NCBI GenBank assembly: GCA_031459385.1
Contig: JAVKIP010000001.1
Location: 96,001-160,000, forward strand
DNA length: 64,000 nt
Source: Candidatus Fervidifonticultor secundus
GTDB taxonomy: Bacteria; Sysuimicrobiota; Sysuimicrobiia; Sysuimicrobiales; Humicultoraceae
Direction of reading: 5' to 3'
Part shown: piece by piece, positions 19,412 to 28,026 of the stretch
Layout of the letters: each line of letters begins with the position of its first letter
Position numbering within the stretch: the stretch's first letter is position 1
Notes under the pieces: generated by a model
Databases searched by the model: none
Told to the model about the DNA's origin: nothing
What the model saw: only the letters and a program-made list of their open reading frames with translations
Made by a program: the position numbers and the translations under genes

Positions 19412-19677
19412 TGGCGATGACGGAGCCGAGTAGGCGCGGCGCTGCCTGAAGAGAGAGCCGGCGGGTGGTGCGAGCCGGCCGGGCCCGCGACGAATCCCCT
19501 CCCGAGCGGCGGACGATACCGGTGCCAGCGTCCCGGTGGCCGGTCGAAGTCCCCGGGTGCGCCCGTGACAGCGCGCGCGAGGGCCCGGAGGGCTGCGTGC
19601 GCGCTGGGCGCAGGGCCGGGAAGGAGAGTGGCACCACGGGGTGACCCCGTCTCGACGCGAGGCGGGGTGTTTTGTTT
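19412..19677 (+). ncRNA. T-box riboswitch, serine-specific (UCC specifier)
   Basis: GCGATGA GA-motif, AGTA, AGAGAG bulge, GGTGCGA loop, GAA-TCC specifier (19495-19497), T-box bulge TGGCACC (19629-19635), antiterminator partner CCGTCTC. Confidence 0.9.
19644..19677 (+). terminator. Intrinsic terminator of the T-box expression platform
   Basis: ACCCCGTCTCG/CGAGGCGGGGT stem followed by GTTTTGTTT. Confidence 0.85.
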
Positions 19678-19777
19678 GGTCGCGACAGCCGGCCGCCGAA
19701 CGGCCGGCCGCGCGGCACGATCGCGCCAGGGGCGCGGTGTGGCGCACCCACGCGCAGCCCCTGCCAGGAGGTGAGCC

Positions 19778-20926
19778 GTGCAGCACTACCTGTTGATCCC
19801 AGGTCCCACACCGCTGCCCGAGGAGGTCTTGCGGGCCGGCGCCCGGCAGATGGTGAACCACCGCGACGCCGAGTTCGGACGGCTGCTGGCCGAGACGCTG
19901 GAGGCGCTGCGCCGGGTCTTCCTGACCCGCCAGCCGGTCATCCCGTTCGCGGCATCGGGCACCGGCGGGCTGGAGGCCGCGCTGGTGAACCTGTGCTCTC
20001 CCGGGGATGACGTCGTGGGGATCTGTGCGGGGGTTTTCGGGGACCGGTTCGCTGCCATCGCCGAGGCGTTCGGCCTGCGCGTGCGGCGTCTCGAGGTCCC
20101 GTGGGGGCAGGCGGTGGATCCCGACACGGTGCGCGCGGCGCTGCGGGGTACGCCCCGGGCGCGGGCGCTCCTGGTCACCCACAACGAGACGTCGACTGGC
20201 GTGCGGCAGGACCTGCGCGCCATCGCCGAGGCCGCGCGCGGCCACGACGTGCTGCTGGTAGTGGACGCCGTGAGCTCCCTGGGGGCGGTGGAGCTGCGTG
20301 CCGACGCCTGGGGCCTCGACGTCGTCATCACGGGGTCCCAGAAGGCGTTGATGGCTCCGCCGGGCCTGGCGCTCATCAGCGTCTCTGACCGCGCCCTGGC
20401 GGCCATGAGGACCGCGCGGCTGCCGCGCTTCTACTGGTCGTTCGAGCGCATGCTGGCCGAGCTGGGCGAGGCCGAGGCCTACACGCCCTTCACGCCCGCG
20501 ATCGCGACGATCTACGCGCTCCACGAAGGGCTACGGCTGGTGGAAGCCGAGGGGCTGGAGGCCCGCTGGGCGCGGCACCGCCGGACCGCGCGCGCCGTGC
20601 GGGCGGGCGTGCGGGCCCTGGGGCTGCGCGTCGTGCCCGACGAGGCGGTGGCCAGCGAGACCGTCACCGCGGTCTGGCTCCCGCAAGGCGTCGAGGCCGG
20701 GGCGCTGCTGGGGCGCCTCCGGGTCGAGCACGGCGTGACGCTGAGCGGCGGTCAGGGCCAGTTCAGGGGCAAGATCGTGCGCTTCGGTCACCTCGGCTGG
20801 GTGCCCGACGACGCGGTGCTGGCGGGGCTGGCGGCGCTGGAGACGGTGCTGCCCCAGGTCGGTGGGCCCGCAGGTCGAGGAGCCACGGCAGCGGCCCGCG
20901 AGGTGCTGGCAGCCACCCCGGCGTGA
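19778..20926 (+). CDS. Class V PLP aminotransferase (alanine-glyoxylate/serine-pyruvate family), probable phosphoserine aminotransferase
   Basis: LLIPGPTP, HNETSTGV, VDAVSS, GSQKAL; first gene after the Ser T-box. Confidence 0.88.
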   Translation: MQHYLLIPGPTPLPEEVLRAGARQMVNHRDAEFGRLLAETLEALRRVFLTRQPVIPFAASGTGGLEAALVNLCSPGDDVVGICAGVFGDRFAAIAEAFGLRVRRLEVPWGQAVDPDTVRAALRGTPRARALLVTHNETSTGVRQDLRAIAEAARGHDVLLVVDAVSSLGAVELRADAWGLDVVITGSQKALMAPPGLALISVSDRALAAMRTARLPRFYWSFERMLAELGEAEAYTPFTPAIATIYALHEGLRLVEAEGLEARWARHRRTARAVRAGVRALGLRVVPDEAVASETVTAVWLPQGVEAGALLGRLRVEHGVTLSGGQGQFRGKIVRFGHLGWVPDDAVLAGLAALETVLPQVGGPAGRGATAAAREVLAATPA

Positions 20927-20951
20927 CCGCGATCAAGGCAGGGGTGAGGCG

Positions 20952-22592
20952 ATGCCACAGACGCACGGCGTGCAGACGCAGAGAGACGGCGCGGTGGCCA
21001 CGGACGCGGCACGCCCGCGGGTCGTGGTGGCCGACGGGCTCGACGCGCTGGGCCTGGAGCGCCTCCGGGCGCAGGCCCGGGTGGACGTCTTCGCCGGGCT
21101 CGACGAACCCCGCCTGATCGCGGCGCTGCAGGGGGCAGATGCCGTGATCGTGCGCAGCCGCAGCCGGCTCACAGCCCGGGTGCTGGAGGCCGCGCCGCAG
21201 CTGCGCATCGCCGCCCGCGCCGGCGTGGGCGTGGACAACATCGACGTGGACGCGGCCACCCGGTGTGGGATCCTGGTGCTCAACACCCCGGAGAGCAGCA
21301 CGATCAGCACCGCGGAGCACACCATGGCGCTGCTCCTGGCGCTCGCCCGCTGGATCCCCCAGGCCCACGCGTCACTGGCCGGCGGCGAGTGGCGGCGCGA
21401 GGCGTTCGTGGGGATCGAGCTCTACGGCAAGACCCTGGGCGTCGTGGGGCTGGGGAAGATCGGGGCCGAGGTCGCGCGGCGCGCGCAGGCGTTCGGGATG
21501 CGGGTGGTGGCCCACGATCCCTATATCAGCGAGGAGCGGGCTGCCCACCTGGGCGTCGCGCTGGCGGAGTTCGACCACCTGCTGGCGTCCAGCGACGTGG
21601 TCACGCTGCACGTACCGCTGACCCCGCGCACGGCGCGGCTGCTGGGGTCCGAGCAGTTCCAGCGTATGAAGCCCGGCGCGCTGCTGGTCAACTGCGCCCG
21701 CGGCGGGCTCATAGACGAGGACGCCCTCCTGGCGGCACTGGAGGCGGGGCACCTGGGCGGCGCGGCGCTGGACGTGTTCGAGCAGGAGCCCCCTAGCCGG
21801 TCGGCGCTGCTGGCGCATCCCCGCGTGGTGGCCACGCCGCACCTGGGCGCTTCCACCCGGGAAGCGCAGCGGTCGGTGGCCGTGGAAGTCGTCGAGCAGG
21901 TGCTGGCCGCGCTGGCAGGCCGGCCCGTGCGCGGCGCGGTCAACGCGCCGGCGCTTCTGGCCGAGACCTGGCAGCGGCTGGAGCCCTACCTGGCGCTGGC
22001 CCGCCATCTCGGGACGCTGGCGCAGCAGCTGACCGACGGCCAGATCGAGGCGGTGGAGCTGCGCTACGCCGGCACGGTGGCCCGGGAAGATCCGGCGCCG
22101 CTGACGGCCGCGTTCCTGGTGGGGCTGTTCAGCGGCATCTCGGCCCGCCCGGTCAACATGGTGAACGCGCCGGTCCTGGCGCGGGAGCATGGCATCCGCA
22201 TTCGCGAGGTGCGGCAGGAGGAGAGCGAGGACTTCCAGAGTCTGGTGACCGTCACGGTCCGGACGACCCGGGCGCCGCTGGGGCTGGCGGGGACGCTCTT
22301 CGGTCACCGCGAGCCGCGCATCACGCGCATCGGCGACTACCGGCTGGACCTGATCCCGGCCCGCCAGCTGCTCTTCGTGTGGAACGCGGACCGGCCCGGG
22401 ATGATCGGCAGGGTGGGGACCATCCTCGGCGCGCACGCCGTCAACATCGCCAACATGCACGTGGGTCGCGTGACGCCTGGCGGCACGGCCCTGATGGTCC
22501 TGTCGGTGGACAACGAGATCCCTGCCGAGGCTCTGGTCGCGCTGGCGCAGCTCGACGGGATCAGCGGCGTGCGCGCGGTGCGGCTGGACTGA
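20952..22592 (+). CDS. serA: D-3-phosphoglycerate dehydrogenase (type I with ASB/ACT domains)
   Basis: RAGVGVDNID, GLGKIG, NCARGG, TPHLGAST, C-terminal DRPGMIG ACT domain; start may be 20952 or 20994. Confidence 0.94.
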   Translation: MPQTHGVQTQRDGAVATDAARPRVVVADGLDALGLERLRAQARVDVFAGLDEPRLIAALQGADAVIVRSRSRLTARVLEAAPQLRIAARAGVGVDNIDVDAATRCGILVLNTPESSTISTAEHTMALLLALARWIPQAHASLAGGEWRREAFVGIELYGKTLGVVGLGKIGAEVARRAQAFGMRVVAHDPYISEERAAHLGVALAEFDHLLASSDVVTLHVPLTPRTARLLGSEQFQRMKPGALLVNCARGGLIDEDALLAALEAGHLGGAALDVFEQEPPSRSALLAHPRVVATPHLGASTREAQRSVAVEVVEQVLAALAGRPVRGAVNAPALLAETWQRLEPYLALARHLGTLAQQLTDGQIEAVELRYAGTVAREDPAPLTAAFLVGLFSGISARPVNMVNAPVLAREHGIRIREVRQEESEDFQSLVTVTVRTTRAPLGLAGTLFGHREPRITRIGDYRLDLIPARQLLFVWNADRPGMIGRVGTILGAHAVNIANMHVGRVTPGGTALMVLSVDNEIPAEALVALAQLDGISGVRAVRLD

Positions 22593-22633
22593 GCGGACGG
22601 CGCCGGACGCCACGGCAGGCGGGAGGCACGACG

Positions 22634-23926
22634 ATGCTGGATCTCAAGAAGATCCGCGAGGCACCCGACCGCTACCGCGCAGGGCTGCGCAAGCGCGGCC
22701 TGCACCCGGCGGCCATCGACGCCGTGCTGGACGCGGACCGGCGGCGCCGGGAGGTGCTGCAGCAGATCGAGGCGCTGCGCGCCGAGCAGAACCGCGCCTC
22801 GGCCGAGGTCCCGCGCCTGGCGGGCGAGGCGCGCTTGGCACGCCTGGCGGCGCTGCGGGCGCTTGCCGACCGCCTCAAGGCCCTGGAACCGGCGCTGGAG
22901 GCCGCCGAGGCCGACCTGGACCGGCTGCTGCGCAGCCTGCCCAACCAGCCCGACGACACCGTGCCGGAGGGACTGGACGCCTCGGCCAACGTGGTGGTGC
23001 GCGCCTGGGGTAGCCCGCCGCAGTTCGCCTTTCCCCCGGCCGACCACGTGGACCTGGGCACGCGCCTGGACATCGTGGACTTCGAGCGCGGGGCCAAGGC
23101 TGCGGGCTCGCGCTTCTACTATCTCAAGGGCGACGGCGTGCTGGTGGAGCAGGCGCTGGTCAGACTCGCCATGGACCTGCTTCGCGCCGAGGGTTTCGTC
23201 GTGATGGAGACGCCGATGCTGGTCCGCACCGGCGTCATCACCGGCGCGTGGGGCGGTGTCGAGTTCGACCCGCAGCAGACCTACAAGGTGGAGACCGACG
23301 ACCTGGCTCTGATCGGCACCAGCGAGCAGTCGCTGGCCGCCTATCACATGGACGAGACGCTGGAGGCCGACCGCCTGCCGTTGCGGTACGCTGGGCTGTC
23401 GTGGTGCTTCCGCCGGGAGGCGGGCTCCTACGGCCGTGACGTCCGCGGGCTGTACCGGGTCCATCAGTTCTTCAAGGTGGAGATGTTCTCGTTCGCCCAT
23501 CCGGCGCGCTCGGCGGAGGAGCACGAGTACCTGGTGAGCCTGGAGGAGCGCTACGTGCGCATGCTGGGGCTGCCGTACCGGGTCGTGCTGCTGTGCGGCG
23601 GCGACCTGGGGTTGGCCATGGCCAAGACCTACGATGTGGAGATCTGGATGCCGGGCCGCGGCGGGTGGGGCGAGACGCACTCGTGCAGCAATGCCCACGA
23701 CTTCCAGGCGCGCCGGCTGGGCATCAGATATCGTGAGGGCCCGCGGGGCCCCGCAGAGTTCGTCCACACCCTGAACGGGACGTTGGTGGCGACCAGCCGG
23801 ATGCTCCTGGCGCTTCTGGAGAACTACCAGCAGGCCGACGGGTCGGTATGCGTGCCCGACGTCTTGCAGCCGTACCTGGATGGCCGCGCCGTGCTGCTGC
23901 CCGCGTCCCACGCCGGGCGCCCGTGA
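22634..23926 (+). CDS. serS: Serine--tRNA ligase
   Basis: MLDLKKIR start, GTSEQ, CFRREAG, RVHQF.KVE, HTLNGT. Confidence 0.96.
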   Translation: MLDLKKIREAPDRYRAGLRKRGLHPAAIDAVLDADRRRREVLQQIEALRAEQNRASAEVPRLAGEARLARLAALRALADRLKALEPALEAAEADLDRLLRSLPNQPDDTVPEGLDASANVVVRAWGSPPQFAFPPADHVDLGTRLDIVDFERGAKAAGSRFYYLKGDGVLVEQALVRLAMDLLRAEGFVVMETPMLVRTGVITGAWGGVEFDPQQTYKVETDDLALIGTSEQSLAAYHMDETLEADRLPLRYAGLSWCFRREAGSYGRDVRGLYRVHQFFKVEMFSFAHPARSAEEHEYLVSLEERYVRMLGLPYRVVLLCGGDLGLAMAKTYDVEIWMPGRGGWGETHSCSNAHDFQARRLGIRYREGPRGPAEFVHTLNGTLVATSRMLLALLENYQQADGSVCVPDVLQPYLDGRAVLLPASHAGRP

Positions 23927-24039
23927 TCGCCCTTCTGGCCGGCGCCGCGCTGCTGGCGATGTTCTACGGCTCGGCCGGCGTGCTGGCGGGAGTCCTCTAC
24001 CGATCTCTGGCGCGCACCCCCGGGCCGCAGCGGCGCTGA
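23923..24039 (+). CDS. Putative small single-pass membrane protein (38 aa)
   Basis: GTGA overlap with the serS stop; hydrophobic helix then basic tail. Confidence 0.45.
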   Translation: MIALLAGAALLAMFYGSAGVLAGVLYRSLARTPGPQRR

Positions 24040-24238
24040 CGGCGCCCTTCCTTGGCGGGCCCGCCGGCCCAGCAGGACCCCCGGCAGGCCGGCGCGAACT
24101 GCGGCTCCACAGTTTCCTCTACACCTCTATACCTCGTTCCGAGGGGGTGAGAGCCCGAGCGTGTGCAGTGTGTGCTCTTCCGGCCTGGCCTCGACGGTTC
24201 CGCAGCCAGCGGAGCGGAGACTGCAAGGGGGGAGATGG

Positions 24239-25609
24239 ATGCCAGAGGAAGTGAGCCGGAGAGAGTTCCTGAAGTCCCTGGGTGTGACCGTAGGCGCAGC
24301 CGCAGCGGGCGGCCTGGCCGGCCAGGTCATCCAGCCGGCGCCGGTCGAGGCGCAGAGCCCGCCCCGGGGGCGCATCCCCGACACGCCCTACAAGACCGGG
24401 CACATGACGTTCCTCTCGGGCGCGGCCGCCGTACTCGGCGAGCAGTCGCGCAAGGGCCACCTGCTCGCGGCTGAGGAGATCAACGCCAAAGGCGGGCTCC
24501 TCGGCAAGCGCAAGATCGAGACGATCTTCGCCGACGAGGCCGCCGGCACCGACGCCAACGTGAAGGAACTCAAGCGGATGAAGCTTGAGGGCAAGATCGA
24601 CCTGTTCACGGGGGTCATCTCCAGCGGCAATACGCCGGCCCTGGGCCCCGTCGCCGAAGACCTGAAGGTCCTGACGCTCTTCACCGACGGCTGCACCGAC
24701 TTCCTGTTCGACAAGGCCGTGCCCAACCCGAAGTACATCTTCCGCCTGACCAACATCCAGTCGGCCGACGGCGTCATGGCTGCTCTCGCGGTGGCCCAGG
24801 CCTGGCCCGAGGTGCGCAAGATCGCCCATATCCACCCCGACTACTCGTACGGGCGGAACGCCTTCGACCACTTCACCGTGGCGATCCAGAAGCTGCTGCC
24901 CGGCACCGAGGTCGTCTCGGAGGCCTGGCCGAAGCTGGGCACGACCGACTTCACCGCCCACATCACCAAGACCCTGTCGGCCAAGCCCGACCTGCTGGTG
25001 TCGGCGGTCTGGGGCGGCGACTACATCGCCATGTACAAGCAGGCCCTGGGCTACGGCCTGTTCAAGCAGATGAAGTTCGCCAGTACGATCGCCTTCGGCG
25101 TGGCCCCGCATGCCATCGGCAAGGACCACCCGGAGGGCATCGTGGCCGGCGTGCACGCCAACTACTACTGGACGTTCCCGCCGGGGAACAAGTGGCCGCT
25201 GAACAACCTGTTCGTGCGCAAGTTCTTCAACCGGTGGAAGGAGTACCCGAACTTCGAGGCCGAGGGCGCCTACGTGGCGCTGTACATGCTGAAGGAAGCC
25301 GTCGAGAAGGCCAACCGGTTGACTGGCGGCTGGCCCGACGACGAGGCCATCATCGCCATGCTGGAGGGGATGATGTACCCCGGCCCGGCGGGCTACTACT
25401 ACATCCGGCCCGACAACCATCAGGCGTACAAGGACGCCATGACGGGATTCAGCAAGAACGACCCCAATTATCCCTTCCTGGTTCTGGATCCGAACACCGT
25501 CATCACTGTGCCGATCCGGAACATCACGGCACCCCCGGGCTACCCCAGGGGCGAGCCCACGACGACGCACCGGTGGATTCAGGAGACCTGGCCCCGCGTG
25601 CGCGCCTGA
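24239..25609 (+). CDS. Liv/branched-chain-type ABC substrate-binding protein with Tat signal
   Basis: SRREFLK Tat motif, AAEEINAKGGLLG, PDYSYG, WPKLGTTDF. Confidence 0.88.
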   Translation: MPEEVSRREFLKSLGVTVGAAAAGGLAGQVIQPAPVEAQSPPRGRIPDTPYKTGHMTFLSGAAAVLGEQSRKGHLLAAEEINAKGGLLGKRKIETIFADEAAGTDANVKELKRMKLEGKIDLFTGVISSGNTPALGPVAEDLKVLTLFTDGCTDFLFDKAVPNPKYIFRLTNIQSADGVMAALAVAQAWPEVRKIAHIHPDYSYGRNAFDHFTVAIQKLLPGTEVVSEAWPKLGTTDFTAHITKTLSAKPDLLVSAVWGGDYIAMYKQALGYGLFKQMKFASTIAFGVAPHAIGKDHPEGIVAGVHANYYWTFPPGNKWPLNNLFVRKFFNRWKEYPNFEAEGAYVALYMLKEAVEKANRLTGGWPDDEAIIAMLEGMMYPGPAGYYYIRPDNHQAYKDAMTGFSKNDPNYPFLVLDPNTVITVPIRNITAPPGYPRGEPTTTHRWIQETWPRVRA

Positions 25610-25628
25610 GCGCGGCAGGACGGCAGGC

Positions 25629-25659
25629 GGGGGCAGCGCCCCGGCGGGGCGCTGCCCCC
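25629..25659 (+). other. Strong GC stem-loop downstream of the SBP gene, no U-tract
   Basis: GGGGGCAGCGCCCC/GGGGCGCTGCCCCC 14-bp stem; possible mRNA stabiliser or attenuator. Confidence 0.55.
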
Positions 25660-25695
25660 CCGCATCTGTGGGCGTCGGAGCGGTGGCTCGCGCGC

Positions 25696-28026
25696 ATGGG
25701 GTGCGGCGGCGGGCCGCGCCGGGCCCGGCGGTGCGCCGCGCTGGCGGTCTCGCTGGCTGTCGCGGTCGCCGGAGCCATTCCCGCCAGGGCCGGCCACGAA
25801 CTGGCGTACTCGCCGGCGTTCTACCCGCACGAGATCCAGATCGAGACCGCTGGCGCCGATGCGGCCGAGCGGCTTCGGCAGGGTGCGCTGCACGCCCTGG
25901 TAGGGCTCGACCCGTTCGCGCCGGGTCCGCTGCCGGCCGACGTAGCAGCGGTGGAGTCGTTGCGGGCGTATGTGCTGGTGACGGCCGACGGCCCCGCCCT
26001 GGCCGGGGTGTCCCGCGAGGCGCGGTGCCGCGTGCTGGGCGCGGCGCTGGGTGTGCTCGCGCGCTCCACCCGCTTCCACTTCCACCCGTACCCTGTGACG
26101 CCGTTCCACGAAGACTACCTCCACCACGCGGATCTGGCCCGGGCTCAGCATGTGCAGTACGCGGCGGGTGAGGCGGCCGGCCGTGCGCCGCGGTTCCGCC
26201 CGCACGGACCCCTGGCCGCGGCGATTCTGGCTGATAGCGCGGGGACCGCGCCGGGCGGGGTGCCGTGGGACGTCACCGTCGAGACGGTGCCGGTGGAGGA
26301 GCTGGTCGCGGCATCGGCGCCGCGCCTCGACGGCGGGCAGGGGCCGCCCTGGGCGCGGGACGGCTGGTTCCACGCGGTGCAGCTGCTGCGCGGCCGGGTG
26401 GACGACGCCGAGGGCCGGGCGGCCGACGAAGTGGTGGCGCGCCTGGTGGCCGGCACGATCCGCCGGCCCGAGGAGCGCGTTGCGCTCGAACGCGAGGTCC
26501 CGACGCAGCTCCTGCGCGCGTGCCGTGCGGCCGTCGCCGGCTATGTTGTCCGCCGCGAGCCCTACAACACCGAGTTCTCGGCCGGCGTGGAGAACGTGGC
26601 GTTCGACGCCCACAGCGGGCTGAACGCCCCCATCTTCATCCGCACGGTGAAGCTCAAAGACTTCCCCTGGAACGGGGTGCTGCGCCTGGGCGTCGCGGCC
26701 GCGCCGCAGACGGCCTGGAACCCCGTCGGCGGGTTCACCGACCCGTTCGGCCGACTGGTGTGGGCCGCCGTCGGCGATCCGGCGCTGCTGCCGGCCCCCT
26801 ACGGCGCCGGCGCAGTACCCAACCGCGTCGTGCCCCATCGTGCGGAGCCCCCGCGCCTGGTGCAGCGGCTGGACCGCTGGATCGCCAGGCTGGCCGGCGG
26901 GGAGGTGCGCATCCCGCGCGACGCGCGGTTGCCGGATGCCGCCGGCCGGTGGCATCCGGTCGGGTGGCGCGCCACGGCGCAGGCGCGCGTGACCTACACC
27001 GTGCGCACCTCGGCGTTTCACGACGGCACCACGATGACCGCAGCCGACGCCCTCTACCCGTTCCTAGTCGCGTACCGGTGGGGCGTGGCCGGCCCGTACC
27101 ACGACCCGCGCCTGGCGGCCGCCACGGCCCTGGTGCGGGCGCACCTGGCCGGGGTGCGGCTGGCGCGGATCGAGGAGACGACGCTGCGGCTGGGCGATCT
27201 GCGGCTGCAGTGGCGGGACCCGGTCATCGAGGTCTACTTGCGCGGCGGCCTGCCCGCCGCCGGGCACATCGCGGCGCTGGCGCCGCCGTGGGCCCCGGTC
27301 CCGTGGCACGTCATGTACTTGATGGAGGAAGCCGTCCGCCGGGGCCTGGCGGCGTTCTCGGCCGAGGAGGCGCGCCGGCGTGGCATCCCCCAGCTCGACC
27401 TGGTGCGGGCGCCGGCCCAGGTCGCGCGCCTGCGCGCGCTGGCCGCGGAGCTCGAGGCGCGCGGCGCGATCCCCGCAGGCCTCGAGCCCTACGTGACCGC
27501 GCAGGAGGCGCGGCTGCGGTGGCGCGCGCTGCAGCGCTTCGCCGAGCGCACGGGCCACCTGCTGGTGACCGCCGGCCCCTACCGGCTGGCCCGCTGGGAC
27601 GGCCGGCGCGCCACGCTGACGGTCTTTCGAGACCTCACGTACCCGCTGGTGATCGGCGCTTACGACCGCTATGCGCTTCCCCGCCCCGCGCACATCGCGG
27701 CGCTGCGCGTCGCTGGCGGTCAGCTGCGGGTGCGGGCCGAGGTCGAGCTGGTGGAGCGGGTCCAGCGCGACCACCGGATCACGCGGGAAGCGCTCAGCGA
27801 CGAGATGCTGCGGGGGACGCCCCGCGTGCGTCCCGTCTGCCGCTTCGTGGTCGTCGACGCCGCCGGCCGCGTCCTCCAGGTCGGCGAGGCCGCTTACGCG
27901 GGCGGCGGGGAGTTCGCGGCGGCGCTGCGGGCGGCCGGTCCGGCCACCGTCATGGTCGCCCTGTACCAGGACGAGAACTTCGTGGCGCCCGGGATCCGCA
28001 CGCTGGCGCTGCCGTCTGGGCGGTGA
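25696..28026 (+). CDS. Large exported hypothetical protein with a family-5 SBP-like segment
   Basis: Signal peptide ending ARA-GH; AFHDGTTMTAADALY and TAGPYRL resemble SBP family 5; high GC3 codon use. Confidence 0.7.
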   Translation: MGCGGGPRRARRCAALAVSLAVAVAGAIPARAGHELAYSPAFYPHEIQIETAGADAAERLRQGALHALVGLDPFAPGPLPADVAAVESLRAYVLVTADGPALAGVSREARCRVLGAALGVLARSTRFHFHPYPVTPFHEDYLHHADLARAQHVQYAAGEAAGRAPRFRPHGPLAAAILADSAGTAPGGVPWDVTVETVPVEELVAASAPRLDGGQGPPWARDGWFHAVQLLRGRVDDAEGRAADEVVARLVAGTIRRPEERVALEREVPTQLLRACRAAVAGYVVRREPYNTEFSAGVENVAFDAHSGLNAPIFIRTVKLKDFPWNGVLRLGVAAAPQTAWNPVGGFTDPFGRLVWAAVGDPALLPAPYGAGAVPNRVVPHRAEPPRLVQRLDRWIARLAGGEVRIPRDARLPDAAGRWHPVGWRATAQARVTYTVRTSAFHDGTTMTAADALYPFLVAYRWGVAGPYHDPRLAAATALVRAHLAGVRLARIEETTLRLGDLRLQWRDPVIEVYLRGGLPAAGHIAALAPPWAPVPWHVMYLMEEAVRRGLAAFSAEEARRRGIPQLDLVRAPAQVARLRALAAELEARGAIPAGLEPYVTAQEARLRWRALQRFAERTGHLLVTAGPYRLARWDGRRATLTVFRDLTYPLVIGAYDRYALPRPAHIAALRVAGGQLRVRAEVELVERVQRDHRITREALSDEMLRGTPRVRPVCRFVVVDAAGRVLQVGEAAYAGGGEFAAALRAAGPATVMVALYQDENFVAPGIRTLALPSGR

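Noticed and set aside
26265..28022. 1311-aa giant CopCD fusion
   Set aside because: The first 586 aa overlap the real 25696..28026 gene in another frame; the signal peptide and CopC domain begin after 28023.
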